A DNA stretch of 63,392 bases, filler included, from Lenisia limosa (taxonomy: Eukaryota > Protista > Breviatea), in the NCBI GenBank assembly GCA_001655205.1. It is 14 parts of 14 records of this genome, joined end to end, with 100 filler letters (N's around TTAATTAATTAA, not from the genome) between each part and the next. Parts side by side here need not be neighbours in the genome. Positions count along the whole stretch, not along the records: positions 1 to 16,064 come from LPNZ01004007.1; positions 16,165 to 18,675 come from LPNZ01007556.1; positions 18,776 to 23,724 come from LPNZ01011425.1; positions 23,825 to 26,230 come from LPNZ01004989.1; 10 more parts are not named here. The stretch is one strand, 5' to 3'. Below the pieces are notes generated by a model. It did no database searches. It was not told where the DNA came from and worked only from the letters and a program-made list of their open reading frames with translations. Positions 11,693 through 24,071 of this stretch are shown here, piece after piece (position 1 is the first letter of the stretch; every line of letters starts with the position of its first letter). A program made the translations under genes and the position numbers.

Positions 11693-14602
11693 ATGACCGA
11701 GGAAGCAACTCCCTCCGCCCCTCCCGCCCCAACTAAGTACGATAAGTTACTCAGTGATGCCAAAAGAGCCAACCTTCGCGAACTTCGACTCACTGGTGCC
11801 ATCAGGATCTCAGGTCTGCATTCCTGCTTTTCACCGCATCCCGCTTATTAATGGAATCCTTAACACTTAGGCCAAGATGCTGAAGACAGACCTGTGGTTG
11901 TATTTACAAGTTCAAACCTGCCCAAGAAGCCAGACTGGGAGAAGGTCCTCCAGCTTTTCGTTTTGGTTTGAGGAGGATTTTCTTTGACACTTTTTGGCCT
12001 TTGCACCGAATTGTCCACTCTGTATTATAATACAGACCATTGATGTGATAATTTCTTGTAACCCATCCTTTCTCCCTCATTGTACGTAGACATTGGACCC
12101 AGTGGTCAAACAGGATTACGTAGTTGTGTACGTTCACGGTCCCAACTGTCCTAGCGCCTTCTGGGCTAAAAAGTGGGGAGTTGCAGAACATCCACATTTA
12201 TAACGACAACTCTGTTGCAGGACCTCATAAAGGTGTTTTTGTTGTTGGATGGGTTACTATTTCACTCTTTGTTTCACTTGGTTATACTTTAGTGTATATG
12301 GTATTCTATCGCGCGACCACAAGAAGAACCTGAAGAAGCTCTTCATCATTCATCCCACGTTTATTCTTAACAGTCTCATCAGGTTGGACTTATGTTACAT
12401 ACATACATGCAACTAATAGGCCAATATATTAAATGTATTTGATTCCATATTTCTTTTCAGACAAAGGAATACAAATACTACGATCTCACCTTCCAGTGTG
12501 CTGATGCCCCTTATCTCCAAGAAGTTCTGGAAGAAGATGACTAAGGTCAAGTGCGCAACTGATGTGCTAGATGATGAAATCCTGAGAATGTTGCCTCCCA
12601 CCACATGGAAGGTTTGTTTGCTAGTTCCGAAAATAAGACAACAAGTTCCAATGCGCTTTGTTTGCTTTTCAGAAACCAATTAATGAGATATAATATGATA
12701 TAGTACCTCTTATTTATCTATTAGGACTGTAATATGGAGGAGTGTAAGGTCCAAGGGAACCACCTCGATGCAGTTGTGAACTTTGAGAATGCCTATTACC
12801 ACAAGGGTGTTGTCATGCCGTCTATCTTTACTGCTGCCATTGCTCAGATCGAGAAGGCTGGTAAGCCCTACGTTGCATACGGTGCATTGTTTGTTATAAG
12901 AATGGAAGTAGTCGTGACAATATGACAAGCAGGCCTGGAGTCCGTTGGCATCTTCAGACAAAGCGGCTCGAAAATGGCAGTCGACAGCATGATGGAGCGT
13001 TATGATTGTGGAGAGGTATGGAACTCGCATAAAATTAACCATTTATCATGGATTGTGTGTATGTGGGGGGGGGGGGNNNNNNNNNNNNNNNNNNNNNNNN
13101 NNNNNNNNNNNNNNNNNNNNNNNNNNNNNNNNNNNNNNNNNNNNNNNNNNNNNNNNNNNNNNCGCATTGGATATCGACTCAGTCTCGTCCCTCCTCAAGG
13201 TGAGGGGTTTGCTCCCTAATGCAATGCTGTTCTGATGAGATGGAAGAAGTTGGATATGTTCTGATGAGGTGGAAGAAGTAAGATAATTTGAATGAGATTT
13301 CAACTCCTAATAAAGTGCGCACTCTGAGTGGATACCATCTCAAGAAACATGTTGCTAATCCCGGTTACCCTTTAGCAATGGATCCGTGAATTACCGAACC
13401 CCCTGCTGACGTTTGAGCTATCACCCAAGTTCATTGAGGCCATGGTGGAGGCGGGAGACGATGCGGAGGCGGCAAGTGCCAACATCAAGGTGGGAAGGAT
13501 AGCGGTCTTNNNNNNNNNNNNNNNNNNNNNNNNNNNNNNNNNNNNNNNNNNNNNNNNNNNNNNNNNNNNNNNNNNNNNNNNNNNNAGACACCTGCAATGC
13601 AACCTCAGTCGTAATTGAATACTTCGCCCCATTTTCATACCCCCCCCCCCTCATCCTAGGCTGTCATCAACCAACTCCCTGAAACGAACCAGTTTGTTCT
13701 TTGTCACCTTGTGTCTCTCCTCGTGAAGATTGTCTACAACAGTGATGTTAATAAAGTAGGATCGCTGTTCACCCATTTCAGTAGCAGTAGTGAGTCTGGT
13801 TAATGGTGGTATTGTTACGAGAACTTGGATATCGAATGTACTTTTATGAATGATAAAGCCAAATTGGCCGAATAGTAATTTTTGTAATTGGTATTGTTTA
13901 CTTTATTGCTCAAACCAAGACAAATAAAGCCAACCCTTCTAGATGACCCCTGAGAACTGTGGAATTGTTTTTGGCCCTTCGGTGCTGCGAATTAAGGTTT
14001 GCCAGAATTGGCTTGTTTTATTAATGCTCAAATATGAAACTTAAAACAGGTGTTGACAGCTGTTTAGGGAGAAACCATGGCTCAAAGCATGGCAAACATC
14101 GGCCACTCCAATGCACTTGTCGCGGTAGGTGATCTTTCATTATACTCTTCTACGTGACCCTTCATTGGCCATTTATCACCCCCCCCTCCCTAGAACATGA
14201 TCCGCTACCCCGAGGTTTTTGATTCCGTCTGGAAGGCGTACGAGGTTGCAGTGGAAGCGGCATCTAAGGTGGGGATGTTCGTTTACTCATCTTATGCTTA
14301 TTGTACAGGAGGTGTCTTTTTCGGAGACATTAGACGTACACAGCATCAGTGAGGGAAGCTCGTTGGAGGCTGAAGATGATGAGAGGATCACTGAGGAGAA
14401 GGAAGGGGAAAAGGTTGAGGAGAAGGATGAAGAGAAGAAGGTTGAAAAGGAAGAAGAGAAGGTTGATGAAAAGGAAGAAGAGAAAGAGGAAGAAAGGGTT
14501 GAAGAAGAGTCTGAGGATAAGGTTGATGAGAATGAAGAAGAGAAGGAGGAAGAAAAGGAAGATACAAAGGAAGATAAAAAAGAGGATCAAAAAGAGGATT
14601 AG
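11693..14602 (+). CDS. ARHGAP1/p50RhoGAP-like protein: BCH (CRAL-TRIO) domain + RhoGAP domain + acidic Glu/Lys tail
   Basis: GQDAEDRPVVVFTSSNLP, ILSRDHKKNLKKLFIIHPT, PLISKKFWKK (BCH); LESVGIFRQSGS (Arg finger), DIDSVSSLLK, ELPNPLLTFEL, INQLPETNQFVLCHLVSLL, NKMTPENCGIVFGPSVLR (RhoGAP); stop TAG 14602. Confidence 0.88.
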
Positions 14603-14974
14603 ATGGTGCCTGTGGTCGTGGTGGGTGTGGAGGATTAGTGTATATTTTGGGTTCTTTTGAGTATGAATGTTTCTTTAATTCTAATTCTTGTCAAAACTGT
14701 GACAAAATGGCAAAATCGTCAATGTGGATGTGGGTAATATTTGGATAATGTGGATATACACAGTATTAACACAGTATAGCAGTGTCAACATAGACATAGT
14801 CTAGCTAGACATATAGACAGGGTCTCCATTGAGCTGGACCGAAGCTGGACAGAGCACATGCTCAGTACACATGAATCCCGAAGCACACCGAGCCTTACGC
14901 ACCCGGACATACGGACCTTCCCGGCAGCTTCCCGGTACACCGGGTCTTCAAAGAAAAGGTCCGAAAGATCGCGA

Positions 14975-15041
14975 ATTCTACGATTCTACGCACATTCTAC
15001 TTGCATTCTACTTGCATTCTACCATTCTACGCAAATTCTAC
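14975..15041 (+). repeat. Array of 7 ATTCTAC heptamers upstream of a TATA-like box
   Basis: ATTCTAC at 14975, 14983, 14994, 15005, 15016, 15024, 15035; TATATATA near 15146. Confidence 0.7.
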
Positions 15042-15239
15042 GAGACGAAAGACGACAGCGAATGCAAAGTAACCCCCACGAAATATTTCTATATAAATAA
15101 AAAATTTGAAGATTCAGATATTTCGGTAGTGAAGTTGTAAGAGGGTATATATAGGCATTGTGCAATATTTGAATATTTAGATGGACATTTTGAACTTTTG
15201 AACAAATCTCTTTCCACCAACTTCACTTTGCTAGGCAGA

Positions 15240-15900
15240 ATGAAGCTCTTCCTTGCCTGTATATTGGCCTTTTTGGTCTCTGGAATTACTGGAGTGGAAA
15301 TCCTTGTCGGGTTTAAGCAAGGAGCCTTCGAGTTCTCATTCGAGGTTTGTGAACCTGAGTGCTGACATTATGACCATCCAGGAGGCCGTTGTTAACGCTC
15401 ATATGCCCTCAAGCAGCTTTTATGGATCATCGTGGACTGTTGAAGAGGTAAGCTTGGGCTATGTGACACTGTTGGCTGGTCCGTTCAAGCTGGTTGGGCT
15501 TATTCCTTGAAATTACTGTATCTCCTATTTACACTTCAGCATCAGTGCAGTTTCTATCACATTGACGAAATGCATAATATCTCTATTTTTCCCATATCTT
15601 TATTTTTTTTTCATGCCTTAGCTTGAGAGCATCTTCGGCACCACCAGCGAGAACCTTGATGCCATGCAAAAGTGGGCTCTAGGAATACTGTGCCTTGGCG
15701 GATCTCTTTTATTCATTGTTACATCAGCTGTTTAAACTATCCTGCTTGTTATTATTTCCCCTTTTATAAGAATATGTATTTAGTCATTATATCTCTCTTG
15801 GTATTTGCTGAGCTTACAGGATTGTTGAGCGCTATGGTGGCGCATCCAAAATCCATGGTACCCGCGATTACCTCCGAGTCTCCATTCCTGATGAATCTGC
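15240..15900 (+). CDS. Sedolisin / tripeptidyl-peptidase I-like (S53) peptidase: signal peptide and pro-domain; 3'-truncated
   Basis: MKLFLACILAFLVSGITG signal peptide; VGFKQ...HMPSSSFYGSSWTVEELESIFGTTSENLDAMQ..IVERYGG...GTRDYLRVSIP resembles the TPP1 pro-domain pattern DPSSPQYGKYLT..V...DFL as recalled. Confidence 0.72.
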
Positions 15901-16108
15901 GGGTTGGCATGGATGATCTAATTTGCACCACTTATTCAGCGGATTTTACCGGACTGATGTTTGGGAAACTATCCTCACTTTATTTCATAAAAAAAAGGTT
16001 GTTTTTCTTTTTGTATTCAAATTATCGTCTGTTTGTCAGGCAAAGTTTTTTTTTTTTTTTTTTTNNNNNNNNNNNNNNNNNNNNNNNNNNNNNNNNNNNN
16101 NNNNNNNN

Positions 16109-16120
16109 TTAATTAATTAA
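16109..16120. other. Artificial six-frame-stop contig linker TTAATTAATTAA (first of 13)
   Basis: Identical 12-mer flanked by 44 N on each side at 16109, 18720, 23769, 26275, 30052, 31161, 32449, 38199, 41350, 43660, 48105, 57120, 60190. Confidence 0.97.
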
Positions 16121-16519
16121 NNNNNNNNNNNNNNNNNNNNNNNNNNNNNNNNNNNNNNNNNNNNCCCGGGTCAGTCGCTTCTGCAGCACCGCATCACAGC
16201 GTGTAGAAATGAGTTCTTATAATCAGGATGGGGAGGGGGATAACCAGTATACACAGTTCAGAGGGGGCAGAAAATTGCAGATAACACCATCACGTTTATC
16301 AGAGATATTGGATTACAGTACAATCTTAATTCACCCAATCATTTGCCTTGTAAAACGTATTCATACCTTGAATTCAAGGAATTGGCAGTCGTCACGTCCC
16401 TAGGTAGTAAATAGAAAATCAAGGAATTTCGGAAAATTTAGGATTCTTAAAATACTGAACGACAAAAAAACCTCATTGTAGATTTCTTAAAAAAAAAAGA
16501 AATTTAATAAAGCAACGAA

Positions 16520-18230
16520 CACCTACAGACTCTTTTCGCTTTTGCCTCCTCAATTGGAATAGCTTTCGGCCGTATTCGCTGTGAAGTTAGAAAATGGTGA
16601 AATAGGAACAAAAACGATATTTGTTTCAACAGTAAAGTCTCTACTGAAACATGGGCGAGATCTCTTACCAAGCTCATATTTCGGCTATTGGTGTCAAAAC
16701 CCAGTTTAGAGGAGATTAATGATCAGGCCCAAACCGTCCATTATGTTTATTTATCGGTCCAAAATCGACCACACCATCATGTTAATAAAAGTTAAATTGT
16801 CAGGCCAAGTCCGTCCATCATGTTTGTACAAGATGGATTACCCGAAGCCCCTCCCCCCGCTCCCACATTTTCTTTTGGTAAGTGAGGGTTGATCTACTGA
16901 AGGCGGCACGGGACTGTCGCTCGTCTTTCTGAGGAAATTTAGTCATAATTTCATTTTTTTTTTTTTTTTTNNNNNNNNNNNNNNNNNNNNNNNNNNNNNN
17001 NNNNNNNNNNNNNNNNNNNNNNNNNNNNNNNNNNNNNNNNNNNNNNNNNNNNNNNNNNNNNNNNNNNNNNNNNNNNNNNNNNNNNNNNNNNNNNNNNNNN
17101 GGCAGGGATACCTCCAGTTTATCTAGGGGAAGTAAAATAAATAAAAAAATAATAAAAAAAGAAGCCCAAAACCAACGTTGTTGGAGAGTAACTGTAGGGG
17201 GGGGAGGGGGAATTTATGGCAAACTATCAATACAGTTGATAAAAGAAACCCATACACTCTTCAACCTACCATTACTCTGTGCATTCTCAAGGTCCTGGAG
17301 CCCCAGTGCGCAACTAGAATTTGGGGTGGACGGTCGTTTTGATAGAATCTTCGGTACCTGGACGGTTTTCTGAGACGTTATTATGCGTGTCTGTCGGGCA
17401 AACCAAAAGAGCGAGAGAGAGAGAGAGGGGGGGGGGGGGGGGNNNNNNNNNNNNNNNNNNNNNNNNNNNNNNNNNNNNNNNNNNNNNNNNNNNNNNNNNN
17501 NNNNNNNNNNNNNNNNNNNNNNNNNNNNNNNNNNNNNNNNNNNNNNNNNNNNNNNNNNNNNNNNNNNNNNNNNNNNNNNNNNNNNNNNNNNNNNNNNNNN
17601 NNNNNNNNNNNNNNNNNNNNNNNNNNNNNNNNNNNNNNNNNNNNNNNNCAATAGAGCGGAAGGAGAGCGGCAACGAAGACTGGAGTAATGTTTGGGCTTG
17701 GGTGTGAGGAGAAGGAGGAGGAGATGGCGATGATGGTGATGATGATGATAATGGCGATGATAATGATGATTATCACAAAGATGAGAAGACTGAAGTAATG
17801 TATAAAGATGCTTCAATTCGGTTCGAAAAAAGACTAAATTTCTCGATAAATCCTTGAAAACCATCGATATTGTACCAATCTTTGTCAAACCTAAGTAAAG
17901 CACTAGTTGCGAGTAAGATGGTAGGGTACTGGGAGGGTGGTGGGATTTCATAATTCCATACAAAGCAGAAAATACAACAATTTGATATGAAGAACAATAT
18001 CTGATACGTCTCAGCTTGAACAGCTTCCCCTACCCGTTTGCAGGTGATTTTGAGTACGCTGCAATGCGAACACTGCTTGGATTCGGTCCCAGCCTGGAAC
18101 GATCAGGGAGTAAAAGTGAAAAATTTGTGAAATAAAAAAAAAAGGGGGTCCCACAATCAACTCTCACCCACCCTCTTGAAGTAAGGAGTTCAGTTCTGAG
18201 GGCCTGGCAGAAGTGGCGTAAAGCTGAATG
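16520..18230 (-). CDS. Fragments of a hypothetical multi-exon gene with Ser/Pro low-complexity stretch
   Basis: GT-AG bounded open segments (TYHSALRHFCQALRTELLTSR; EYGRKLFQLRRQKRKESV); no recognisable domain. Confidence 0.3.
17808..17903. mobile_element. MITE family B, degenerate copy
   Basis: CTTCAATTCGGTTCGAAAAAAGACTAAATTTCTCGATAAATCC... matches the intact copy at 54619-54713. Confidence 0.7.
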
Positions 18231-21110
18231 GTAGGTGCATTTTGGCATTACCATAACATATGGTATCCCCATGTATTTATTAAGTATTTGTTACCCTAGC
18301 TTTGATAGAAAATATGATAGTCCTATTATAGTTGCTCTAAACTTTTATACGATTTTAGGACTAAAAAATTTTAATCATGAACAAAAAAAAAGAGAGTGCA
18401 TTCAACAAAATATAATGTGTTATAAAATGTAGGGAATTAAAAGTAAATTACGTTAGCAAACCCACTTTTGAAAGAGAAAGGACCGACGGTTGCAAGTTCA
18501 CCACTATAGGCTCAGGGGTGAGACTATTGGGTAAGGAGTTTTACAAAGCATTAGAGAATCCGACGTAAGGAACCTTATATAAACTCCAAACTACGATCAT
18601 ACTAAACCATCAAAAAAAACTAAATAGTATATCACACTAATTATATATTATGTATTCTATCGAAAAACCACATACNNNNNNNNNNNNNNNNNNNNNNNNN
18701 NNNNNNNNNNNNNNNNNNNTTAATTAATTAANNNNNNNNNNNNNNNNNNNNNNNNNNNNNNNNNNNNNNNNNNNNCTATCATGCTTCTAACCCGCATCCC
18801 CCCACCCCTACCCTACAACACCCCTTTTACACTCTCACTAGAGCTACAGTATTATCATCACCCTATCCCTTATCATGCTAACTTTGAACCTTAGTTATGC
18901 CATTACCAACATTATTCTCGTAAATCCATTAGTTTTTTTTACCCCCACCCCCACCCATTCAAGAACTTGATTTTCTCCCTGAGCAAAATAGTTCTCTGTT
19001 TTAGAAGCTTATTGATTGGAAAGTATTCTCCTCAAAACACATTTCATTAATAGTTTTAGGTGTCTTCAATTGCTTTATCACTCTAATTGTTGCTATTCTG
19101 TGCAATATTAGTGAAATGTATCTCAATTATTGATTCAACAAGGAACTGAGTGTACAAATTGAACAGTTTTTATTTTAAATCGTATTTCTCTTTTTTACAG
19201 GGTTAAATTTTGAGTTTTTTTATAGGCAAAACTAATAAAAATCAGTATTTTCAAAAAGCGCTCGCGGTTTCGGTAGTGCTCGCGGTTTTGGGGGGGGGCA
19301 GCTGCTGAGAAGGTCAATCTAGGCTTTGAGGGATGCATGAAGCACATGAGAGGGCCAAAGGGTGCTTATCCTTACTGACCTCGTCATTTAGGGATTTCAT
19401 GAGGCGTCTTCCGCCATTTTTACCCATTTTTAGATTTTTTTGGACTATTGTATATGAAAAACTACCCTGCGGAATTATCCCGAAGGGTCATTTTAATTAC
19501 ACAATTTTATTTGATTGATGATTATTTATTTTTTTGCAATATCAAAAAATTGGGCTGACCCACCTTAACAGTTGGCCAGCGCGCTAATTGTTGATTAGTT
19601 AATAGAAGAATATTTAAGAGTATTGTCAGGAAGTGATTAGTTGTCTGTCTTTTCCATTAGTAACTCGTCTCTTTCCCCCTCTTCGGCTCTCATGGCCGTT
19701 TTGTTTTTTGTTTTTTTTACAGATTAGTACTCTTGTGGATTACCCGACGAGTGTTTAATCATATTTGTGACCATCCTGTGTGATGTCATTCGTGATCCTT
19801 GATATTAATGCTCTTAAAACCCCTAGGTTACCCCGCATTATTGCATTAATTTCATTCAGGACTAACAAGTGAGTAGATTTTACATTTCACTTGTTGTGCA
19901 GATTCGATAACCACACTGGGAGCCTGGATATCAAGACCACCGTCTTCTTTTGAAAGGTAAATGAAACGTAACCTTACACAACATTGTAAACTACTACATA
20001 ACAAGAGAACTTTACAGTCATCATTCTTTTGAGAGTGGTGTGGCATCAATGTCAAGCTTCTCACGAAGAGACTGATTGGAGAAGCGAAGATCCTTCTTGA
20101 CAGGAGAGGAGACGACAGCAGCATTGCGCGATTTGTGACTTCACAATTGATGGGGAGACTTGATAGCAAGAGGATCAAGAGTCACGAGAGGAGGGAGAAA
20201 GGGACGAGGAGTCTTCTCAACTTCAACCTGATCATGTAAGAAAAACAGGGGAACAAGCTTGAGCTTACAATCTGTGAAGAAACACTTTATTAGTATAGTA
20301 GTCAATCTGATAAACAGAAGGAAGGCTCTAGAGGTTATTTAAACAATGAGAAAAGCTAAAGTAGCACTTCGTGCACCCCTGCCCATTTGAGGTCTTACGG
20401 GAACACCCACGCTCACTAAAGCCTCTTGGAGAGTACTTGTAAGCAGGATAGATCTGCATTTGGTTTTACTTTTTCCTTTCCTTGGCTGCCTCTCAATCAA
20501 ATCAAGGGCGCTATATATATATATACACGGTACAAAAATTCTATATGGCGTCACCGTGTCTAAAACATCCTTCGGTAGTGCCTATTTTCAAAATGTAACT
20601 TCTTCTTCGCTCTTCTGTTTGCTGTTACAATAACTGACCTATATTATTAACAGAATAGGGGAAAGAAACCTGTTGTTTCAAAATACCTGTGATCTCCATT
20701 TTCTGAACAAGATCAAGGGAAATGTTGGTCAAAGCGTTGAAAAGTTGGCATCTTAAAAATGTTGTCATTGTCCCCATTTTTTACCATCATGTCATGCTAT
20801 TTGAATCTGGATAAATTTTGAAAGCATACTCATATATGCCTTACACTATGGCTTATCTGGTCAGATCTCTCTGAGATCAAGACCAAAGCCCCCATAGAGC
20901 CTTATCATGTATTAATACAGTTGTTGGAGACATAAACACATGAGGTGTCACAAAGGGGAGAAAGAAAAATAGGCAGCTCCCGATTCCATCCCACCCTTCA
21001 ACGGTGCCAAGCAGTGCGTACACACTGTTGCACAAAGAGAAGTGTCATCAAAAGAGGCTTTTCTTAAATAGGAATTGTACCACCCCCACATTGTCCTAAG
21101 ATTATGTACA

Positions 21111-22165
21111 TCGCAAAGACTGGCCGTTCGATACCCTGTCCCCCCCTCCAAAAGGAAGACGCTCATTAGCTGCGGCTGGGGTCCCAGCAATTCGTGTGAT
21201 TTGGGGCGGGGGGCGCCAAGGAGCATGGGCGCGGAAGTATGATAATTTGTTTATGGCATCCCTTCGTATTTATTTGTTTTCCTAGATTTCTAATATACAG
21301 GTTGGTGTACAAAACCGCGAACATGATTAAAACCACGAACAAGTCAAAAATCGACAAAAATCGCTTTAATAACACCATTTTTTGCGTGAAATTCGATAGT
21401 TTTGAGCACTAGACTATCAATAGCATCAAAACATAACAATTTTGACCAAAAAGAAAGAAAAAAAGAGGTAAAAAATTTGAAAAAAAAATTATCTTTTGAT
21501 CAGAATCGAACCCGGTCGAGGTCACCCAGTTTCCTTAACGCCAAAATATTTAATGAAAACCCCCTCTTTCAGAATAATAGCATTTTGAGCTTATTATTTC
21601 TCTTATTCAAAAAAAAAATCTGAAAAAGACTATTTAACTTTAACCCCGCTTTAACAATAGCCATGCACGTTTACAGCGAAATTGCTTGCAATGTCCAAAG
21701 ATTTTGTATATCGCAAGACTGGCCTTTCGATATCCTGTCCCCCCTCCAAAGGGAAGACTCCCTTGCCCATATTTATGACAAATACTCCATTCCACTACTG
21801 CCCGAATTTAGTGACGCCTGTTGAAATTTCTTATGGCAATTTCCGCACCCAAAAAGCTGTCTATAATCATCCTTGATGACTCATATGACTGTGGCTAGTC
21901 TAATTTTTTCTTGGGCTGGCCTTTTGTTAAGTGGATACTAATACTATGGACTATCTTCCATCACCTTAGAAACATATTACTACTATTGCTTTCTTCCCCT
22001 TCCCTGAAGCCATACAGAGGTGTGACAGACTGAGCCTGGTTAACCAGTACTCGCCCACTGCGGCTGGGGTCTCCAGCACCTATTGGGTTTCGGGGCGGGG
22101 CGCCAAGGAGCGTAACGCGGAAGTATGGTGATTTGTTTGTGGTATCCCTGTGTATTTATTTGTTT
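21111..22165. repeat. Local diverged duplication (21111-21280 vs 21711-21760 plus 22058-22165)
   Basis: TCGCAAAGACTGGCCGTTCGATACCCTGTCCCCCCTCCAAAAGGAAGAC and CTGCGGCTGGGGTC...GGCGCCAAGGAGC...CGCGGAAGTATG each occur twice. Confidence 0.8.
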
Positions 22166-23597
22166 CATATTAAATCTCTTGTTTCAAAAAACATTGTAAT
22201 TTTTCCAATTAATTGCAGTTAAAATTCCTATAATTATTTTCGAGTAATTCAGTGTACCCGTTAAAAATCTTATTAAGTGGTGTAAACATACGATATGATT
22301 CATACAATGGCTAGACAACTACCCAAATCTGAGGTCTCTTTTACCGTGTGACTGTGTTTTCTTATCCAGAAATAAATTCAATATTTTAAGTCACTTTTCA
22401 GATTCTCCGTGTATTATCAGCGGTTGCTTTGATAAGTCTTTTAAAATTTGGAAGGCTGTTGATGTATTTTAATTCTGTTGAGATATACTATTTGATATGA
22501 CTTGAGCGAAACTCGAGAAGCAGGGTAGAGCTATTATGACAGAGGGTGTTAGTACTGTATCAATCTAACATACTAATAATGTACCAGAGCACACAGGGAG
22601 AGCGCCCACATCGTTGGCAAGAGGACGTCCTGGAATAATCACGAGATTTTTCAAGACAAAGAAGTAGTGGAATAATGAATATGTTTTCAAATATTTTTTT
22701 TATTATTATTTGTTTTTTGTTTTTAAACCATATTAATATTCAAACTGGTATCGATAATTCATGAAATATGTGTCTTTAATATTCAAAAATAACAAAAAAA
22801 GATCTGCAAACGTGTCAGGGTGCATCATGAAGTCCATGACATGGCATGGCTCGGGATGTCATGGGTGAACAGAAAAACGCGATAGATGTATTAAGTCAAT
22901 TCGTCTGGGAAACAGGGGAACATCGGGAGGCCGTTTGAATCAAGATGGAATTTCTAACAAATCAACAATATGAAACAAGGAAGTATTTAGAACAATAATG
23001 CACTAAATCATAGTGGATAGAAAACCTCACAGATGTCACAACAATTAGATAATCAACTACATATCATGTATGCTTCCATATCTATGCATGCCACTTAAAA
23101 AACCTCATAAACTGTAATATATCAAGGTAATTTGTAAATAAGTTGTAATATACGTTCAGATTACTTACAATTTTGTTTGGTAGCGTCCAAAGGAGCAGAG
23201 ATGCATCAGAGGCTTCATGGGTGGAAACTTCAGCTTCAGGGTTGACTTCCTGATCAGATTAATATTGTTAGAGAGTCGTTTAATCACAGTATTGAGAGTC
23301 CAATTATTTTTGTCATACCACAACAGAAAAGCCGTTTGCAATGGTGCATTCCGAATAGGGATACTATGGGTTTATTGAATAGAATATTTACAGAAGATGA
23401 AAACCGTTACAATTCAATTTTACTTGCCGTCTGTGCAGGTGGTATTGGTTGGAATACGAAATCGTTATTCTGGTCTTGAAATTTGAAAATGGTATAAATT
23501 ATGATGTCGGAAGANNNNNNNNNNNNNNNNNNNNNNNNNNNNNNNNNNNNNNNNNNNNNNNNNNNNNNNNNNNNNNNNNNNNNNNNNNNNNNNCTGG

Positions 23598-23718
23598 AAA
23601 AAATATTTGAAACAAAGCCCAAAATCAACTCTATTGGCAACAGACGAGGGTTGACAATAACAAAACAAACAAAGTGCAGGCCAGTCGCTTCTGCAGCACC
23701 CCATCGCATCACTCCAGC
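23598..23718 (-). repeat. Intronic repeat family A copy
   Basis: AAACAAAGCCCAAAATCAACTCTATTGGC...GAGGGTTGAC...CCAGTCGCTTCTGCAGCACCCCATCGCATCACTCCAGC, same as 43131-43283. Confidence 0.85.
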
Positions 23719-24071
23719 GTACGTNNNNNNNNNNNNNNNNNNNNNNNNNNNNNNNNNNNNNNNNNNNNTTAATTAATTAANNNNNNNNNNNNNNNNNNNN
23801 NNNNNNNNNNNNNNNNNNNNNNNNACAACACACAATCAACTCTGTGGGACAGGGGGTGTTTTTTCAGAACAGGAATACTGCATGATGCAGGCATGATGGG
23901 GTATACTGTTTAATCGACATCCCCAGGTTTATTTTTATTTAAATTGTATTTTTTTTTACGTTTTTCACAATCTTTGTGTGCTATGTTTTATTAGAAGGGA
24001 GACAACGAAAGAGAGATTCCGTAGATCGACAAAGAACTCCTGTTAGCCAGTTTTTATTTTAGTGAAGGGCA

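Noticed and set aside
14818-14970. CAGGG-initiated GC-rich block as a hAT element
   Set aside because: No matching inverted terminus or 8-bp TSD found.
17214-17963. Long ORFs in the track containing X runs or His/Ile/Ser homopolymers (also 37479-37838)
   Set aside because: They read through N gaps or (GAT)n microsatellites and are not real single-exon genes.
19250-19430. Possible E2-like start MGKNGGRRLMKSLNDE|IDLLSSCPP on -
   Set aside because: Too short, with no downstream UBC motifs found.
19900-20230. Possible coding segment CGINVKLLTKRLIGEAK...NFNLIM*
   Set aside because: In-frame stop just upstream, no consistent splice path and no recognisable family.
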